Assembly: GCA_903830625.1 (NCBI GenBank) | Contig: CAIKUK010000009.1 | Span: 1-49,689, forward strand | Source: Candidatus Yanofskybacteria bacterium | Lineage (GTDB): Bacteria > Patescibacteriota > Minisyncoccia > 2-02-FULL-40-12 > GWA2-44-9 | Direction of reading: 5' to 3' | Length of the DNA stretch: 49,689 nt | In this document: positions 10,130 through 19,444 of the stretch, piece by piece | Layout: each line of letters opens with the position of its first letter | How positions within the stretch are numbered: the stretch's first letter is position 1 | Made by a program: the position numbers and the translations under genes | The notes under the pieces: model-generated | What the model saw: only the letters and a program-made list of their open reading frames with translations | What the model was told of the DNA's origin: nothing | The model's database searches: none

Positions 10130-10744
10130 TTATTTCTTCGGCTGTTCGTGAAGAGCGAGGATTTTTATTTCCACCGGGTCTACTTTGCGTAATTTTCGGA
10201 TAACGTCTTTCGGAGCGATAGCGAAATGTTTTATCTCGTCCAGTTTGTCGTCTATATCCCATAAATCGCCTTCGTGGCCTATCCAGTCTTTCCCGAATGA
10301 ATTAAGATTTAAAGTCTTGGAATAACTGCGCATGGTTTTATTTCCGCTTTCAAGAAAATATTCATTAAAATATGACATCGCCAGTTCACGGATGTTTTTG
10401 TATATCGGGTCGCGGTAGCGCAAAATAGCATGATTGCCTTTTGAAAGCGCGCCCCAAAGACCTTTCATTTTGAATGGCGCAATCACGTGGTCTTTATCCT
10501 CATCGGTCGTGGCCAGATGCATCAGCAAGGGCTGATGGCCGTGAAGCGACAAAATATACGCGCCCAGTATTGCCGCTTCAATACAATGGGCGCTTTTGGC
10601 CCGAAGGACCATCACCGGCGACTTACACTTGTCTACGCCGTCTTTTTCAAAATTGATGGGAATCTTATTTAAAAAATCCTGCACTTTGGCAGGCGTATTC
10701 AACCGCTTCATCATCGCCAGTTCTTTTTTGGTGAACGCCAGCAT
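10130..10744 (-). CDS. Conserved protein with transglutaminase-like Cys/His motifs
   Basis: AHCIEAA, DHVIAPF, WGALSK, LRYRDPIY. Confidence 0.65.
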   Translation of the reverse strand: MLAFTKKELAMMKRLNTPAKVQDFLNKIPINFEKDGVDKCKSPVMVLRAKSAHCIEAAILGAYILSLHGHQPLLMHLATTDEDKDHVIAPFKMKGLWGALSKGNHAILRYRDPIYKNIRELAMSYFNEYFLESGNKTMRSYSKTLNLNSFGKDWIGHEGDLWDIDDKLDEIKHFAIAPKDVIRKLRKVDPVEIKILALHEQPKK

Positions 10745-10748
10745 TTAT

Positions 10749-11324
10749 TTATCGCTTAAATAATTCCTCAGTCAGTTCAGTAACGCCGATTTTCTTTTCG
10801 GCGGAATATGGAATGACTTTATATTTACCAACTGTTTTTTGAATACTCTGCATCTGTTTGACGTATTCGGATTTTTTAATCTTATCCACTTTATTGGCCA
10901 CAATCAAGATATTTTTATTTCGTTCTTCCAGCCCGCGCAAGATTTCTTTGTCGTTGGCGGTCAGGCCGATTTCGGCGTCAATAATCAAAAGCACCAATTT
11001 CTGCTGATAATGCGAGTTGAACAGATACCAAAAAATTATCTTCTTGAGTTTGTCCCGTCCACCTTCATCGGCTTTAGCGTAACCATAGCCAGGCAAATCC
11101 ACGAGATAAAAAGATTTGTTGATTAAAAATAAATTGACTTCCTGGGTCCGTCCGGGAAACGAGCTGGTTCGGGCCAAATCTTTTTGCTTGGTCAGAGAAT
11201 TGATAATGCTGGACTTGCCCACATTGGAACGCCCAATCAGAGCGATATGGTCTTTGCCGTCATCCAGAGCTTCATCGTCTCCGATAACGCCCTTCACAAA
11301 TTTTGCCGATGTTATTGTTGGCAT
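10749..11324 (-). CDS. engB: Ribosome biogenesis GTPase YihA/YsxC
   Basis: GRSNVGKSS, PGRT, DLPGYGYA, NKVD; start MPTITSAKF. Confidence 0.95.
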   Translation of the reverse strand: MPTITSAKFVKGVIGDDEALDDGKDHIALIGRSNVGKSSIINSLTKQKDLARTSSFPGRTQEVNLFLINKSFYLVDLPGYGYAKADEGGRDKLKKIIFWYLFNSHYQQKLVLLIIDAEIGLTANDKEILRGLEERNKNILIVANKVDKIKKSEYVKQMQSIQKTVGKYKVIPYSAEKKIGVTELTEELFKR

Positions 11325-11460
11325 CCCGCACATAACAGCCATCAGTTGCTGTAACGCAGTACAATTTAACTTTGCTGATGCGTTTAGCTTCCAGAATGGT
11401 CTGTCTTGTTAATTATACTTATTCCCGCAACACGTACTGCATATGGCTGTTATGTGCGGG
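11325..11460. mobile_element. 136-bp MITE-like element, copy 1, abutting engB ATG
   Basis: 18-bp perfect TIR CCCGCACATAACAGCCAT/ATGGCTGTTATGTGCGGG; near-identical copy at 39814-39949. Confidence 0.85.
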
Positions 11461-11492
11461 AAAAAAGTGGGGGTCGCGTTGGCGCGACCCCC
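11461..11492 (-). terminator. Intrinsic terminator of upstream orphan gene
   Basis: Minus strand GGGGTCGCG-CCAA-CGCGACCCC followed by ACTTTTTT. Confidence 0.7.
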
Positions 11493-11512
11493 AGAACTTG
11501 GCGGTGGAACCG

Positions 11513-11797
11513 TCAGGACATCGAGGCGGGAGAATTCCTGGAAAGACTACAGCCTTCGTTTTCCTCGCACCCGTCCTCGAATGTGCAGGTTGGCGCGGAC
11601 TTGTCTCCGCCGTAGTAGCGACACCTCACGCCCAGTCGAGTCATTCTCGCCTGAATTGAGGTTACCGTATCGGCGGTAGGTACTCTGCCCCTTTCTCGAC
11701 TCCCATTCGTTTCCACGTCCTCAAGCACCACGTTGCCGTACCGGACTTGGAACGAATTGAGGTCGCGCTGAACCTGCCTTGCAAGTGAACCCGCCAT
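11513..11797 (-). CDS. Hypothetical protein (orphan cassette)
   Basis: TTGACA-N17-TATTGT promoter (11885-11857), SD GGAGG, ATG 11797, terminator. Confidence 0.6.
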   Translation of the reverse strand: MAGSLARQVQRDLNSFQVRYGNVVLEDVETNGSRERGRVPTADTVTSIQARMTRLGVRCRYYGGDKSAPTCTFEDGCEENEGCSLSRNSPASMS

Positions 11798-11954
11798 GAG
11801 ACCCTCCACTCTACACCACACCGCCCCGTTTGAATGATTAAGAGCTGGGAAACCTAACAATAGCCCTAAAACGGACTCTTGTCAAAGCAGATATAAACCT
11901 TTAAAAACGATAAGGCCCGCGAGGGTTGGGCCTTATCGGCGAACTCTTCGCGGG

Positions 11955-12605
11955 CTAGTTCTGACGGTTTCTGAGGTCAGCGAGGGTCTCGGCGGCAAGG
12001 CGGGCCACATCCTCGTGTTCGGGATCGGACAACAACACCAGGATGTGCTTGTGGTCTTCGGCAATCTTGTGCGCCGCGTCAGCGGGCATCTTGCCTTGGT
12101 ACAGAATTTCGAGAATTGTCGACATCCTGACAAGATCGTCGTCACGGATGCCTCTCACTGTACCCTTTGCCGCGGCTTCGAGCTTGGATGAAAGAACCTC
12201 GTGGAACGGCTTCTTGTCGTCCTTCTTGGCGACTTCGAGCACAAGCCCTTCGACTTTCGCCGGATCGAGCCTGCTTCCGTCCGGCGGGAAGAATACAATA
12301 GTCTCGTTGCTGATCACGCTCTCGATACAGATCCGATTCGAGCCGCTTTTGGAGCCGCGGCCGATTTCGGAAATGGACGTGAACCCTACCGTCAGAGAAA
12401 GCCCGTAATCGAGATGGTCAGCCTTGACCCAGCGTATTGGTGGGTAGCCCTCTCCTTTGGCAAACCAGGTGAAACGGACCTGCAGCTCCTCACCATCAAC
12501 GGTAACCTGCGCAATCTCACCTCGGAATATGTACCTTTCGATCTCGTTCTGAATCTCCACCTGGCCACCCACATAGGGCGTCAATACTTCTGTTGTTAAT
12601 CGCAT
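11955..12605 (-). CDS. Hypothetical protein (orphan cassette)
   Basis: 216-aa ORF, SD AAGGAGG, upstream promoter, downstream hairpins. Confidence 0.75.
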   Translation of the reverse strand: MRLTTEVLTPYVGGQVEIQNEIERYIFRGEIAQVTVDGEELQVRFTWFAKGEGYPPIRWVKADHLDYGLSLTVGFTSISEIGRGSKSGSNRICIESVISNETIVFFPPDGSRLDPAKVEGLVLEVAKKDDKKPFHEVLSSKLEAAAKGTVRGIRDDDLVRMSTILEILYQGKMPADAAHKIAEDHKHILVLLSDPEHEDVARLAAETLADLRNRQN

Positions 12606-12623
12606 ACTGCCTCCTTATGTGAA

Positions 12624-12652
12624 ACAATACCACCGAAAGGTGGTATTGTCAA
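12624..12652 (-). promoter_or_regulatory. Sigma70 promoter overlapped by an 11-bp inverted repeat
   Basis: TTGACA-N17-TATTGT on minus strand; ACAATACCACC-GAAA-GGTGGTATTGT. Confidence 0.65.
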
Positions 12653-12667
12653 TTACTAATTTTGTTT

Positions 12668-13030
12668 TTATTTTTGAACCATTCGGCGGTAACCGGCGAA
12701 GAGAGGGAGAAGAAAAGTCAGGATGTAATACAAATAGACGTCTAGTTTATAATAGCCATCTACAGGGTGGAGAGCTTTGACCAGGAAGAAATAATCAAAC
12801 ACTATTGCAATCAACGTCCAGATAACGGCCAAAGATAGATAATATTGCCACGTGTCGCCTTTTACCTTTTTAAACAAAACCCAAAGCGTGATGATTATCC
12901 CAATCGGCATAATCACCCAACCAATCATATTTTGCGGAACAACCGCAAAAAGAATAAAGCCCAACACATAACCAATCAGCCAAAGCCCCAATCCCCAGCC
13001 CACCCCGTCTTTAATAAGTTGTTTATTCAT
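12668..13030 (-). CDS. Small 4-TM membrane protein
   Basis: Four hydrophobic segments, clean ORF. Confidence 0.75.
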   Translation of the reverse strand: MNKQLIKDGVGWGLGLWLIGYVLGFILFAVVPQNMIGWVIMPIGIIITLWVLFKKVKGDTWQYYLSLAVIWTLIAIVFDYFFLVKALHPVDGYYKLDVYLYYILTFLLPLFAGYRRMVQK

Positions 13031-13041
13031 GTGTTTGTTAA

Positions 13042-13302
13042 TTAAAACTGTATAACATAAATCCCTTTTTCTTCTATTTCTTTTTTCTGGCCATACATAT
13101 CCAGCTCAAATTTATGAACGTAGCTTACGGCCTTTTCTATTTTACGGCCAGTGTAATCTTTTGTTGACGGGTCCCACTCTTCCAAAACAAGAGTGTCACC
13201 CTCCTTAACCTCAAAATCAGCCAATCGTATTTCAAACTTTTTCTTGCCCGACTCAAGCAGTTCAAATGAATCCGGCCAAATTTTCTTCTTAATTATTGCC
13301 AT
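13042..13302 (-). CDS. DUF3850/ASCH (PUA-like) domain protein
   Basis: KIWP..FE...SGKKKFEIR..DFEVKEGDTLVLEEWD...YTGR. Confidence 0.8.
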   Translation of the reverse strand: MAIIKKKIWPDSFELLESGKKKFEIRLADFEVKEGDTLVLEEWDPSTKDYTGRKIEKAVSYVHKFELDMYGQKKEIEEKGIYVIQF

Positions 13303-13471
13303 ATACTTATTATATTATTTATAGAATTTTTTGACTAGATTTTAGACCACACTACCTCTTAGTCGCTGATTGACAACATCACTAAAATATGGGAGTATTT
13401 AGATCTAGTTCAGTTGGCAGGTCAAGGTCATACTGATTGAGACCAATAGCCAATTCATAAGGAGAAGTGCC

Positions 13472-13633
13472 ATGCCCGATACCCCCCAGTCCCAAGCAAG
13501 CAAACAAGCCGATGCGAAAGCCGCTCAGGACACAGCCACGGCCGCCGGAAGCGTGGCCAAGGCCGACCAGATCAAGGCCACCGAGACGAAGGACGCTGCC
13601 GACGAGGCTCGGGAGAAGGCCGGCAAGGGCTAA
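13472..13633 (+). CDS. 53-aa Ala/Lys/Asp-rich small protein (not in ORF track)
   Basis: SD AAGGAG; MPDTPQSQASKQADAKAAQDTATAAGSVAKADQIKATETKDAADEAREKAGKG; downstream hairpin. Confidence 0.6.
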   Translation: MPDTPQSQASKQADAKAAQDTATAAGSVAKADQIKATETKDAADEAREKAGKG

Positions 13634-13699
13634 GGAGCGGTCGTCATCAACTTTTCGCCTACAGAATCCTGTGATTCTGTAGGCGAGTTATTTTTTAAA

Positions 13700-13975
13700 C
13701 TAAGTTACCTCTATTACTTTTTGGCGAGATTCGCGGCCGGATTTAATTTTAATCCTTCCCGCCGATATATTTAAATGTTTGGCCAAGGCCTGAATAACTG
13801 CCTGATTCGCCCGGCCGTCCACGGCCGGCTCCTTGACCCAGATTCTATAAAAATCCAACTGTGTCTCGGCGCCAGACGGATCCTTCTTCTCTACAACAAA
13901 ATTAAACCCTTCCTGTTTCACCTGCTCCACCAATTCCCGCTTAGCCCCCGGCCTGACTTTAACCAAGATTTTCAT
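13700..13975 (-). CDS. DUF167/YggU family protein
   Basis: VKVRPGAK, EPAVDGRAN, SGRESRQK. Confidence 0.85.
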   Translation of the reverse strand: MKILVKVRPGAKRELVEQVKQEGFNFVVEKKDPSGAETQLDFYRIWVKEPAVDGRANQAVIQALAKHLNISAGRIKIKSGRESRQKVIEVT

Positions 13976-14017
13976 TGCATTTATTGCCCGTGATGGGTCG
14001 GGAAAAGTGTAATTTTG

Positions 14018-14308
14018 TTAACTCCTCTTGAAAGGTTGCTGATTAATACTCTCTAATAATTCCAAAGTCGCTTTTACGGAAGGATTGCTGGTATTCATAA
14101 GAATTAACCTCGCATCATATTTCTTTAATAATGGACTCAGAAATTCATCTCCCCACGAAGGCGAGAATGTAATAACTCCATCGAAATCTAATTCGAGATT
14201 CTCATTTTCTTCTAACACTGCGAGTTGAGGTTGGAAAGCCGCAAAAGCTTCACGACCATTTTGTCGAGAGATAAGGGTTGTGCCGAATTTTTTTAATTCT
14301 ATTCTCAT
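14018..14308 (-). CDS. STAS-like (DUF4325) protein
   Basis: LISRQNG, LDFDGV...SPSWGDEF. Confidence 0.8.
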   Translation of the reverse strand: MRIELKKFGTTLISRQNGREAFAAFQPQLAVLEENENLELDFDGVITFSPSWGDEFLSPLLKKYDARLILMNTSNPSVKATLELLESINQQPFKRS

Positions 14309-14312
14309 ATTT

Positions 14313-15038
14313 TTAAAATGTTATTAATGCTAGACATCCCCGAAAAGGTTCGTCTGAAGATTTTATATCCAATATATCACTGTCTTTAGTTAGTATTAAT
14401 TCTGCGACGCCTGTTTGGAACAGCAACCCAATAGGATTTTCGGCCACGATTTTACGCACGAATTTAAGCCCATTGCCACGACTCTCTGGAGATCGACCGG
14501 ATATGATTTCAGTAAATGCAACCTCCAAGGCTCGTTCATCTGTATTTAGATCTGGTTTTACTCTTTTTAATGTCGCCAAAATACCAAGTCCTCTATCTGC
14601 CAACACTATATTTCTTTTGTGAATATCATAAGCAAAAAATATTCCAGGAATATCGGGCCAATTCCCCAAATTATGATCGAAGGAATTATTTCCTATTTCT
14701 CCAGCTACGGCAACAAGTAGAGAAAATATAGGGGACAATTCTTTTACTCCCGCAAGAAGATCTTGCATTTGAGTTAACTTTGTCTGAAATGTAGCGCTAT
14801 TAGAGCAATAAAATTTTGAGGGTATTTCGGGTGTATCTCTTGAAACCCAGTCCTTAGCTAAGCCAAAAAGATCATTTAAGAAGAGCTCTATCTGAGACCT
14901 AGCATACAAACGATAACCTGCATCCGATGTTTTAACCGGACTCAATTTTCCACTCTTATCCCAGCGCCGAAGAGTATCTATTGAAACTCCTAGTATTTCG
15001 GAAGCTTCACCAATTGTAATCAGTTCTTGTTCGGGCAT
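14313..15038 (-). CDS. MerR-type HTH fused to HATPase-like domain
   Basis: ITIGEASEILGVSIDTLRRWD; EIGNNSFDH, DRGLGI, RGNGL. Confidence 0.8.
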   Translation of the reverse strand: MPEQELITIGEASEILGVSIDTLRRWDKSGKLSPVKTSDAGYRLYARSQIELFLNDLFGLAKDWVSRDTPEIPSKFYCSNSATFQTKLTQMQDLLAGVKELSPIFSLLVAVAGEIGNNSFDHNLGNWPDIPGIFFAYDIHKRNIVLADRGLGILATLKRVKPDLNTDERALEVAFTEIISGRSPESRGNGLKFVRKIVAENPIGLLFQTGVAELILTKDSDILDIKSSDEPFRGCLALITF

Positions 15039-15059
15039 AACAAGCCAATAATAGCACAC

Positions 15060-15100
15060 TTTAAAACCCTATGCAAACTTTTTAAAACCCTATGCAAAAC
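15060..15100. promoter_or_regulatory. Tandem direct repeat upstream of the HTH gene (candidate operator)
   Basis: TTTAAAACCCTATGCAAA occurs twice. Confidence 0.5.
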
Positions 15101-15140
15101 TCGTAAATACGCTGATTTTTCAATAGTTAACATATGTTAA

Positions 15141-15209
15141 CTATACCTTCCCAACCCTCTCCACCAACTCCCGTTTAGCCCCCGGCCTGACTTTAACCAA
15201 GATTTTCAT
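15141..15209 (-). pseudogene. Truncated duplicate 5' end of DUF167 gene
   Basis: MKILVKVRPGAKRELVE then diverges; 15159-15210 matches 13925-13976 at 50/52 nt. Confidence 0.8.
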
Positions 15210-16951
15210 TAACCCAATTTAAGTTTAGAAGAAAATCTATCATATACAGTAGCGTTTACTTCCCTAGTTGATTGCATTAAGCTTCGAAATTCTTTCATAG
15301 TATCTAAGGATAAATCCTTATCCAATGTTCCATCCTTAAGACCCTTTAATAGATAGGAAGAAAATGCGATTGAAGAATTAACGATAGGAAGCCAGTATCC
15401 TATAGTTTTATCAAACGTCAATTTTTTACTAAACTGTAATCTAAATAAATTTGGAATTTTTTTACCTAATATAATTTCAGAACAAGAAGCTATAGCAGAG
15501 GTAAGCAAAATAACGGAGCCTCTGTTTTTAAGGAAACCAAACTGTTCTTCTTCTGTTTCTGTTAACTGGCCCACCTTTGATTTATGCGAAAGTTCGAGTT
15601 TCTTTTTCTCCACAGCCTTAAGAAGCGAATACGCCACAAAAATATGGGCGGCGGTTGTGTGGGTTGAAAAGTATTTCATATATAAATCGTCTTCGGTCCA
15701 AATTTTTGTTTTTCGGTGGTATGCCGTATATGGATCACCATGAAATGCTGCTAAAGCTTGAGAAGCAACTATCGAAGGCAATGCATTTTTCTTTCGTTTT
15801 ATTAATTCCTCAGTTCCGCCTCTTCTTCGGAGATACTTCAGATCAGAAACCTTAAGGAATTCGGTTTCTAACCGCTTCTGTGTTTTGTCGTTACTTTTGT
15901 GGTCTGGCGCTATTGTTTTATTTTGGCTATTATTAAATTTTACAATGCCCAATATAGTATCCCTGCTCGAACTTTCAATAAATCGTACCTGAACCGCTGC
16001 TTTTTTATTTGGGCGTTTAGTTAGATTGCCGACAGCTCCCGTTGTCTGTGCCCCATTTACGATTGATATGCCGCTTATTGTTAAACTGTCTGGTTTTTGT
16101 TCAATTATTTTATCAACAAGAATAGTTATACCATTATTATAAATCCAGAATTTATTAGCATCAGTTTCTGCTGTTTGCCTAATATTATTGTTAATATTCT
16201 CGTCGCGGTCTCTACTTCCAAGATAATCGCGGATATTGGCAGAAAATAACCTTTGTCCGTATTTTTTAAAAATGCTATGCAGCCAAGTTAATGATATCGA
16301 TGTTACGAAGGCTTTCCAATCGGGTCCTTTCACACTAAAGCCGCCATCAATAGGAAGTCGCAACGTGTCTTTAATAAGTATTGGTGTTGATATAGCTTCA
16401 TACCATTCCTCTAGTATTTTTTGATCAATTTCCTCAGCAATGATTTTAACAGAATCAATTTTTAGAACCGACTTAATATGTGCTTGGGTTGATCGCTCGA
16501 CTACTTTTAATTCTCTCTTAACATTATCGGATCCGTTAAGATTGTGTACGTACCAGATGTAAATAGTTTTAATTTCTCCATCAAGTAAGGATCTTTGTAG
16601 TTCCTTTGCGTGTGGCTTTAATCTTTCAGGGAAATCTAAACCATTAGGATCTTCGAAAAGCCATGCCATTGCTGTGTTTAAATCACTTGCCTTGTTCGCT
16701 TTTGCTTCTTTCCTGTGTTTAGTTGAAATAGAGATATAAGATTGGATAATAACTGCAATTTCTTGCTCTTGGTCTAGATAAATAATATCAGCTTTTTTAT
16801 CGTCTCCACCATCTACTACCGAGTTGACGCCGATTTGTGATATATCTTCAATCCCTAACTTTAGCTGCAGAGCAAATAATCCTAAGCCAGCAGATCCAAA
16901 TATCTTAAGGTCATCTCTACTTTTAAAAGTATCTAGGGCTGCATTCGACAT
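15209..16951 (-). CDS. AIPR family protein (RM-associated)
   Basis: DDKKAD, LFSANIRDYLG, FWIYNNGITI, SIVNGAQTT, NNSQN. Confidence 0.88.
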   Translation of the reverse strand: MSNAALDTFKSRDDLKIFGSAGLGLFALQLKLGIEDISQIGVNSVVDGGDDKKADIIYLDQEQEIAVIIQSYISISTKHRKEAKANKASDLNTAMAWLFEDPNGLDFPERLKPHAKELQRSLLDGEIKTIYIWYVHNLNGSDNVKRELKVVERSTQAHIKSVLKIDSVKIIAEEIDQKILEEWYEAISTPILIKDTLRLPIDGGFSVKGPDWKAFVTSISLTWLHSIFKKYGQRLFSANIRDYLGSRDRDENINNNIRQTAETDANKFWIYNNGITILVDKIIEQKPDSLTISGISIVNGAQTTGAVGNLTKRPNKKAAVQVRFIESSSRDTILGIVKFNNSQNKTIAPDHKSNDKTQKRLETEFLKVSDLKYLRRRGGTEELIKRKKNALPSIVASQALAAFHGDPYTAYHRKTKIWTEDDLYMKYFSTHTTAAHIFVAYSLLKAVEKKKLELSHKSKVGQLTETEEEQFGFLKNRGSVILLTSAIASCSEIILGKKIPNLFRLQFSKKLTFDKTIGYWLPIVNSSIAFSSYLLKGLKDGTLDKDLSLDTMKEFRSLMQSTREVNATVYDRFSSKLKLG

Positions 16952-16956
16952 AATTA

Positions 16957-17364
16957 TTAGGGGATAATATCATGTTCCCAAATTCTCAAAACGGTCCAGT
17001 TTTTATTTCTCAAATAGCAAGACACATTTTTATCACGTCTACGGTTTTTCTCTATCTTGTTTCTCCAAAAATCATTTTTTAATTGATGTTTCCATCTGGG
17101 GTACTGCCATCCGTGCCAAAAATCACTATCTAAAAATACACATACTTTTTGTTTTATAAAAACAATATCTGGCGTGCCTCTTAAACTTTTCATGTGGGTC
17201 TTAAAACTTACCCCCGTTCGTTTTAATTCAGAAATGAAAAAATTTTCAAAATTTGTATTCTTTGATCTAATTTTTGACATCAGCCGAGACCTTGATTCCC
17301 GAGATAATCTATCGTCAGTCCTATTCTTATTAAAATTGCGACCTAGGTAATTTCTTATGCGCAT
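16957..17364 (-). CDS. vsr: Very short patch repair endonuclease
   Basis: RSRLMSKIRSKNT, GTPDIVF, DSDFWHG, W..KIEKNRRRD, LRIWEH. Confidence 0.92.
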   Translation of the reverse strand: MRIRNYLGRNFNKNRTDDRLSRESRSRLMSKIRSKNTNFENFFISELKRTGVSFKTHMKSLRGTPDIVFIKQKVCVFLDSDFWHGWQYPRWKHQLKNDFWRNKIEKNRRRDKNVSCYLRNKNWTVLRIWEHDIIP

Positions 17365-17367
17365 AAG

Positions 17368-18000
17368 CTAATCGACACCCCAAAGTTCAACCCAACGGTC
17401 GTAAACCTTAAAATTATCCACTCCCCTTTCCCAATTTATTTCAATCTTTAATACTTGCTTATCTTTAGCTAATAATACTAGAGCCTCTTTTGTAATTTCA
17501 ACACCTCTCGGATTTGTCCCTTGTTTTGGAAGCCGAATATATTTTTTTCTTCCTATTTTTTTAAAAACTCTGAGTTGACTCTCTTTGGGGAAATAATATA
17601 AATAACCAATTCCTCCCCAAAATATCTGCGCATATATCATATCTACGGCTGGTTGATATTTTTTCTTGAATTCAAGTGCTTTACGCCGGTCTACTGTCCA
17701 AATAAGCTTAAAGCTGGTTGGTTTTTTGCTGGTTGCTGTTTTGATTGAGATAGGATTACTAAATAATAAAACGTCTATTTCCGATCCTGTTATAGGAATG
17801 CCTATCTCCACATTTTCCTCTCCAAATCTATACATTAAAAGAGCAATGATAATTCTTTCTCTGGCGGAACCAATCTCCATGCCTAATTTGCCCGCTCGCG
17901 AGTTTTCAAGTTCTGCCAACTGAAAAAGATGAGGCATTTTACCCTTTATTTTCGCAATTATATCTTTGTCCGAGAAAAGCTGTACTAGGTAATCAGACAT
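17368..18000 (-). CDS. ThaI-family type II restriction endonuclease
   Basis: SRAGKLGMEIGSARERIIIALL, D...ISIK catalytic pattern, GTNPRGVE; lies between MTase and vsr. Confidence 0.8.
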   Translation of the reverse strand: MSDYLVQLFSDKDIIAKIKGKMPHLFQLAELENSRAGKLGMEIGSARERIIIALLMYRFGEENVEIGIPITGSEIDVLLFSNPISIKTATSKKPTSFKLIWTVDRRKALEFKKKYQPAVDMIYAQIFWGGIGYLYYFPKESQLRVFKKIGRKKYIRLPKQGTNPRGVEITKEALVLLAKDKQVLKIEINWERGVDNFKVYDRWVELWGVD

Positions 18001-18003
18001 TAC

Positions 18004-18975
18004 CTACACACTATACCTATCTAGGTATTTTTGTACAGCAGTTGCTACGTGCCAGGCCATCACTGGTGGCACGGCATTCCCAATCTGACGATAAGCAGCT
18101 GATGTTGATGGTAGGAAGATAAAATTGTCCGGAAATGACTGAATTCGAGCCGCTTCCCTAGCTGATAGTCTTCTCCCGCTCCAATGATACTCAATATTGC
18201 CATGATGTTCAGCTCTCATGGTGGGACCGATTTTGTCTGGAGACACTGTTGTGTTGCCCTGCGACCCTTTAAACAGTTTAGCTCTAGACCAGAAATGATT
18301 AGAGACTTCACCGCTTTTTTTATTTTCTAGGTCACCGATTGCTTGTCCTAACGTAACCCAATTAGTCTTATCCAGTATCGGTTTGGGGTGCTCAAATTTG
18401 GGAAGCCCCAATTTTTTATTAGTCCCGACTATGATAACTCTCTCTCTAGACTGAGGAACACCGTAATTAGCCGCTAAATATAGATTTGTGGAAATTTCGT
18501 AACCCAATTCCGCAAAATCGTTTTCGATCTTTTTGATGGCTTCACCATTATTCATACTCAACAATCCCTTAACGTTTTCCGCAATAAAAACCTTCGGTTC
18601 CAACCTTCGTACGACTTCAACCATAGACTTATACAAAAGACCCCTTTTGCCCTGAAAACCTTGTCTTTTGCCGGCAAGACTAAAGTCTTGGCAAGGGAAT
18701 CCTCCTAAGACTATATCCACTTTTTGTGGTAATGGATCCTCGAATAATCCTGGTTTACTACCGCTTAGTATAATATTGATATCTTCACAGACTATTGGAT
18801 GTTCGAAATATTTTGAATATGTTCTAGCGGCACTAGGATCTATTTCATTGGCCCAAATTAAATTAAAATTATTTTTTTTATATTTTTTACCTAAAAAATT
18901 AAAATCTCCTTTAAACCCAAGGTCTAAACCTCCACATCCGGCAAATAGAGAAACGACTGAATATTTCATTGTCAT
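18004..18975 (-). CDS. dcm: DNA (cytosine-5)-methyltransferase
   Basis: LFAGCGG, GGFPCQDFS, ENVKG, YGVPQSRER, RRLSAREAARIQSFP, QIGNAVPP. Confidence 0.95.
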   Translation of the reverse strand: MTMKYSVVSLFAGCGGLDLGFKGDFNFLGKKYKKNNFNLIWANEIDPSAARTYSKYFEHPIVCEDINIILSGSKPGLFEDPLPQKVDIVLGGFPCQDFSLAGKRQGFQGKRGLLYKSMVEVVRRLEPKVFIAENVKGLLSMNNGEAIKKIENDFAELGYEISTNLYLAANYGVPQSRERVIIVGTNKKLGLPKFEHPKPILDKTNWVTLGQAIGDLENKKSGEVSNHFWSRAKLFKGSQGNTTVSPDKIGPTMRAEHHGNIEYHWSGRRLSAREAARIQSFPDNFIFLPSTSAAYRQIGNAVPPVMAWHVATAVQKYLDRYSV

Positions 18976-19004
18976 AATTTTAGTCCCATTAATACTAAAT
19001 GACA

Positions 19005-19037
19005 AGAATAAAAGAGCCCTCAGGGCTCTTTTATTCT
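19005..19037. terminator. 16-bp-arm inverted repeat (bidirectional terminator or operator)
   Basis: AGAATAAAAGAGCCCT-C-AGGGCTCTTTTATTCT between DUF3892 gene and MTase. Confidence 0.65.
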
Positions 19038-19311
19038 AAATCTCCTCTAAAGAAAGCAAATTATCATTCCAATACCCATCAGCATAGGTTCGTAGATAAG
19101 GAGTTTTTCCCGGGTCATTTCTCACGACAGCTACTTCTGCACGCTTTCTGTTTTGGGGATCGATAACATAAAAAGTGTCTATGCGAGTATCTATTCTTCT
19201 AATCGCATCTTCTCTGGTTAATATCCACCCCGCTCCGCCAACATGAGTGATATGCTCATGTGAACTAAAACGATTCGGTTTTCTGATTCCAGTTATTTTT
19301 ACGTCTGCCAT
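19036..19311 (-). CDS. DUF3892 domain protein
   Basis: HEHITHV, TREDAIRRI, YLRTYADG..NDNLLSL. Confidence 0.8.
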   Translation of the reverse strand: MADVKITGIRKPNRFSSHEHITHVGGAGWILTREDAIRRIDTRIDTFYVIDPQNRKRAEVAVVRNDPGKTPYLRTYADGYWNDNLLSLEEI

Positions 19312-19444
19312 TTTATTGAATCTTGAATATTTTTATTTATCCCTCGACCGATTTAAAATCCGTTTAGGTTGCTCTAAATATAGCAACCATGTTTTAACCG
19401 TCAAGAGTGTCAAGTGGATAATTGACGTAAGCACAAAAGAGCGA

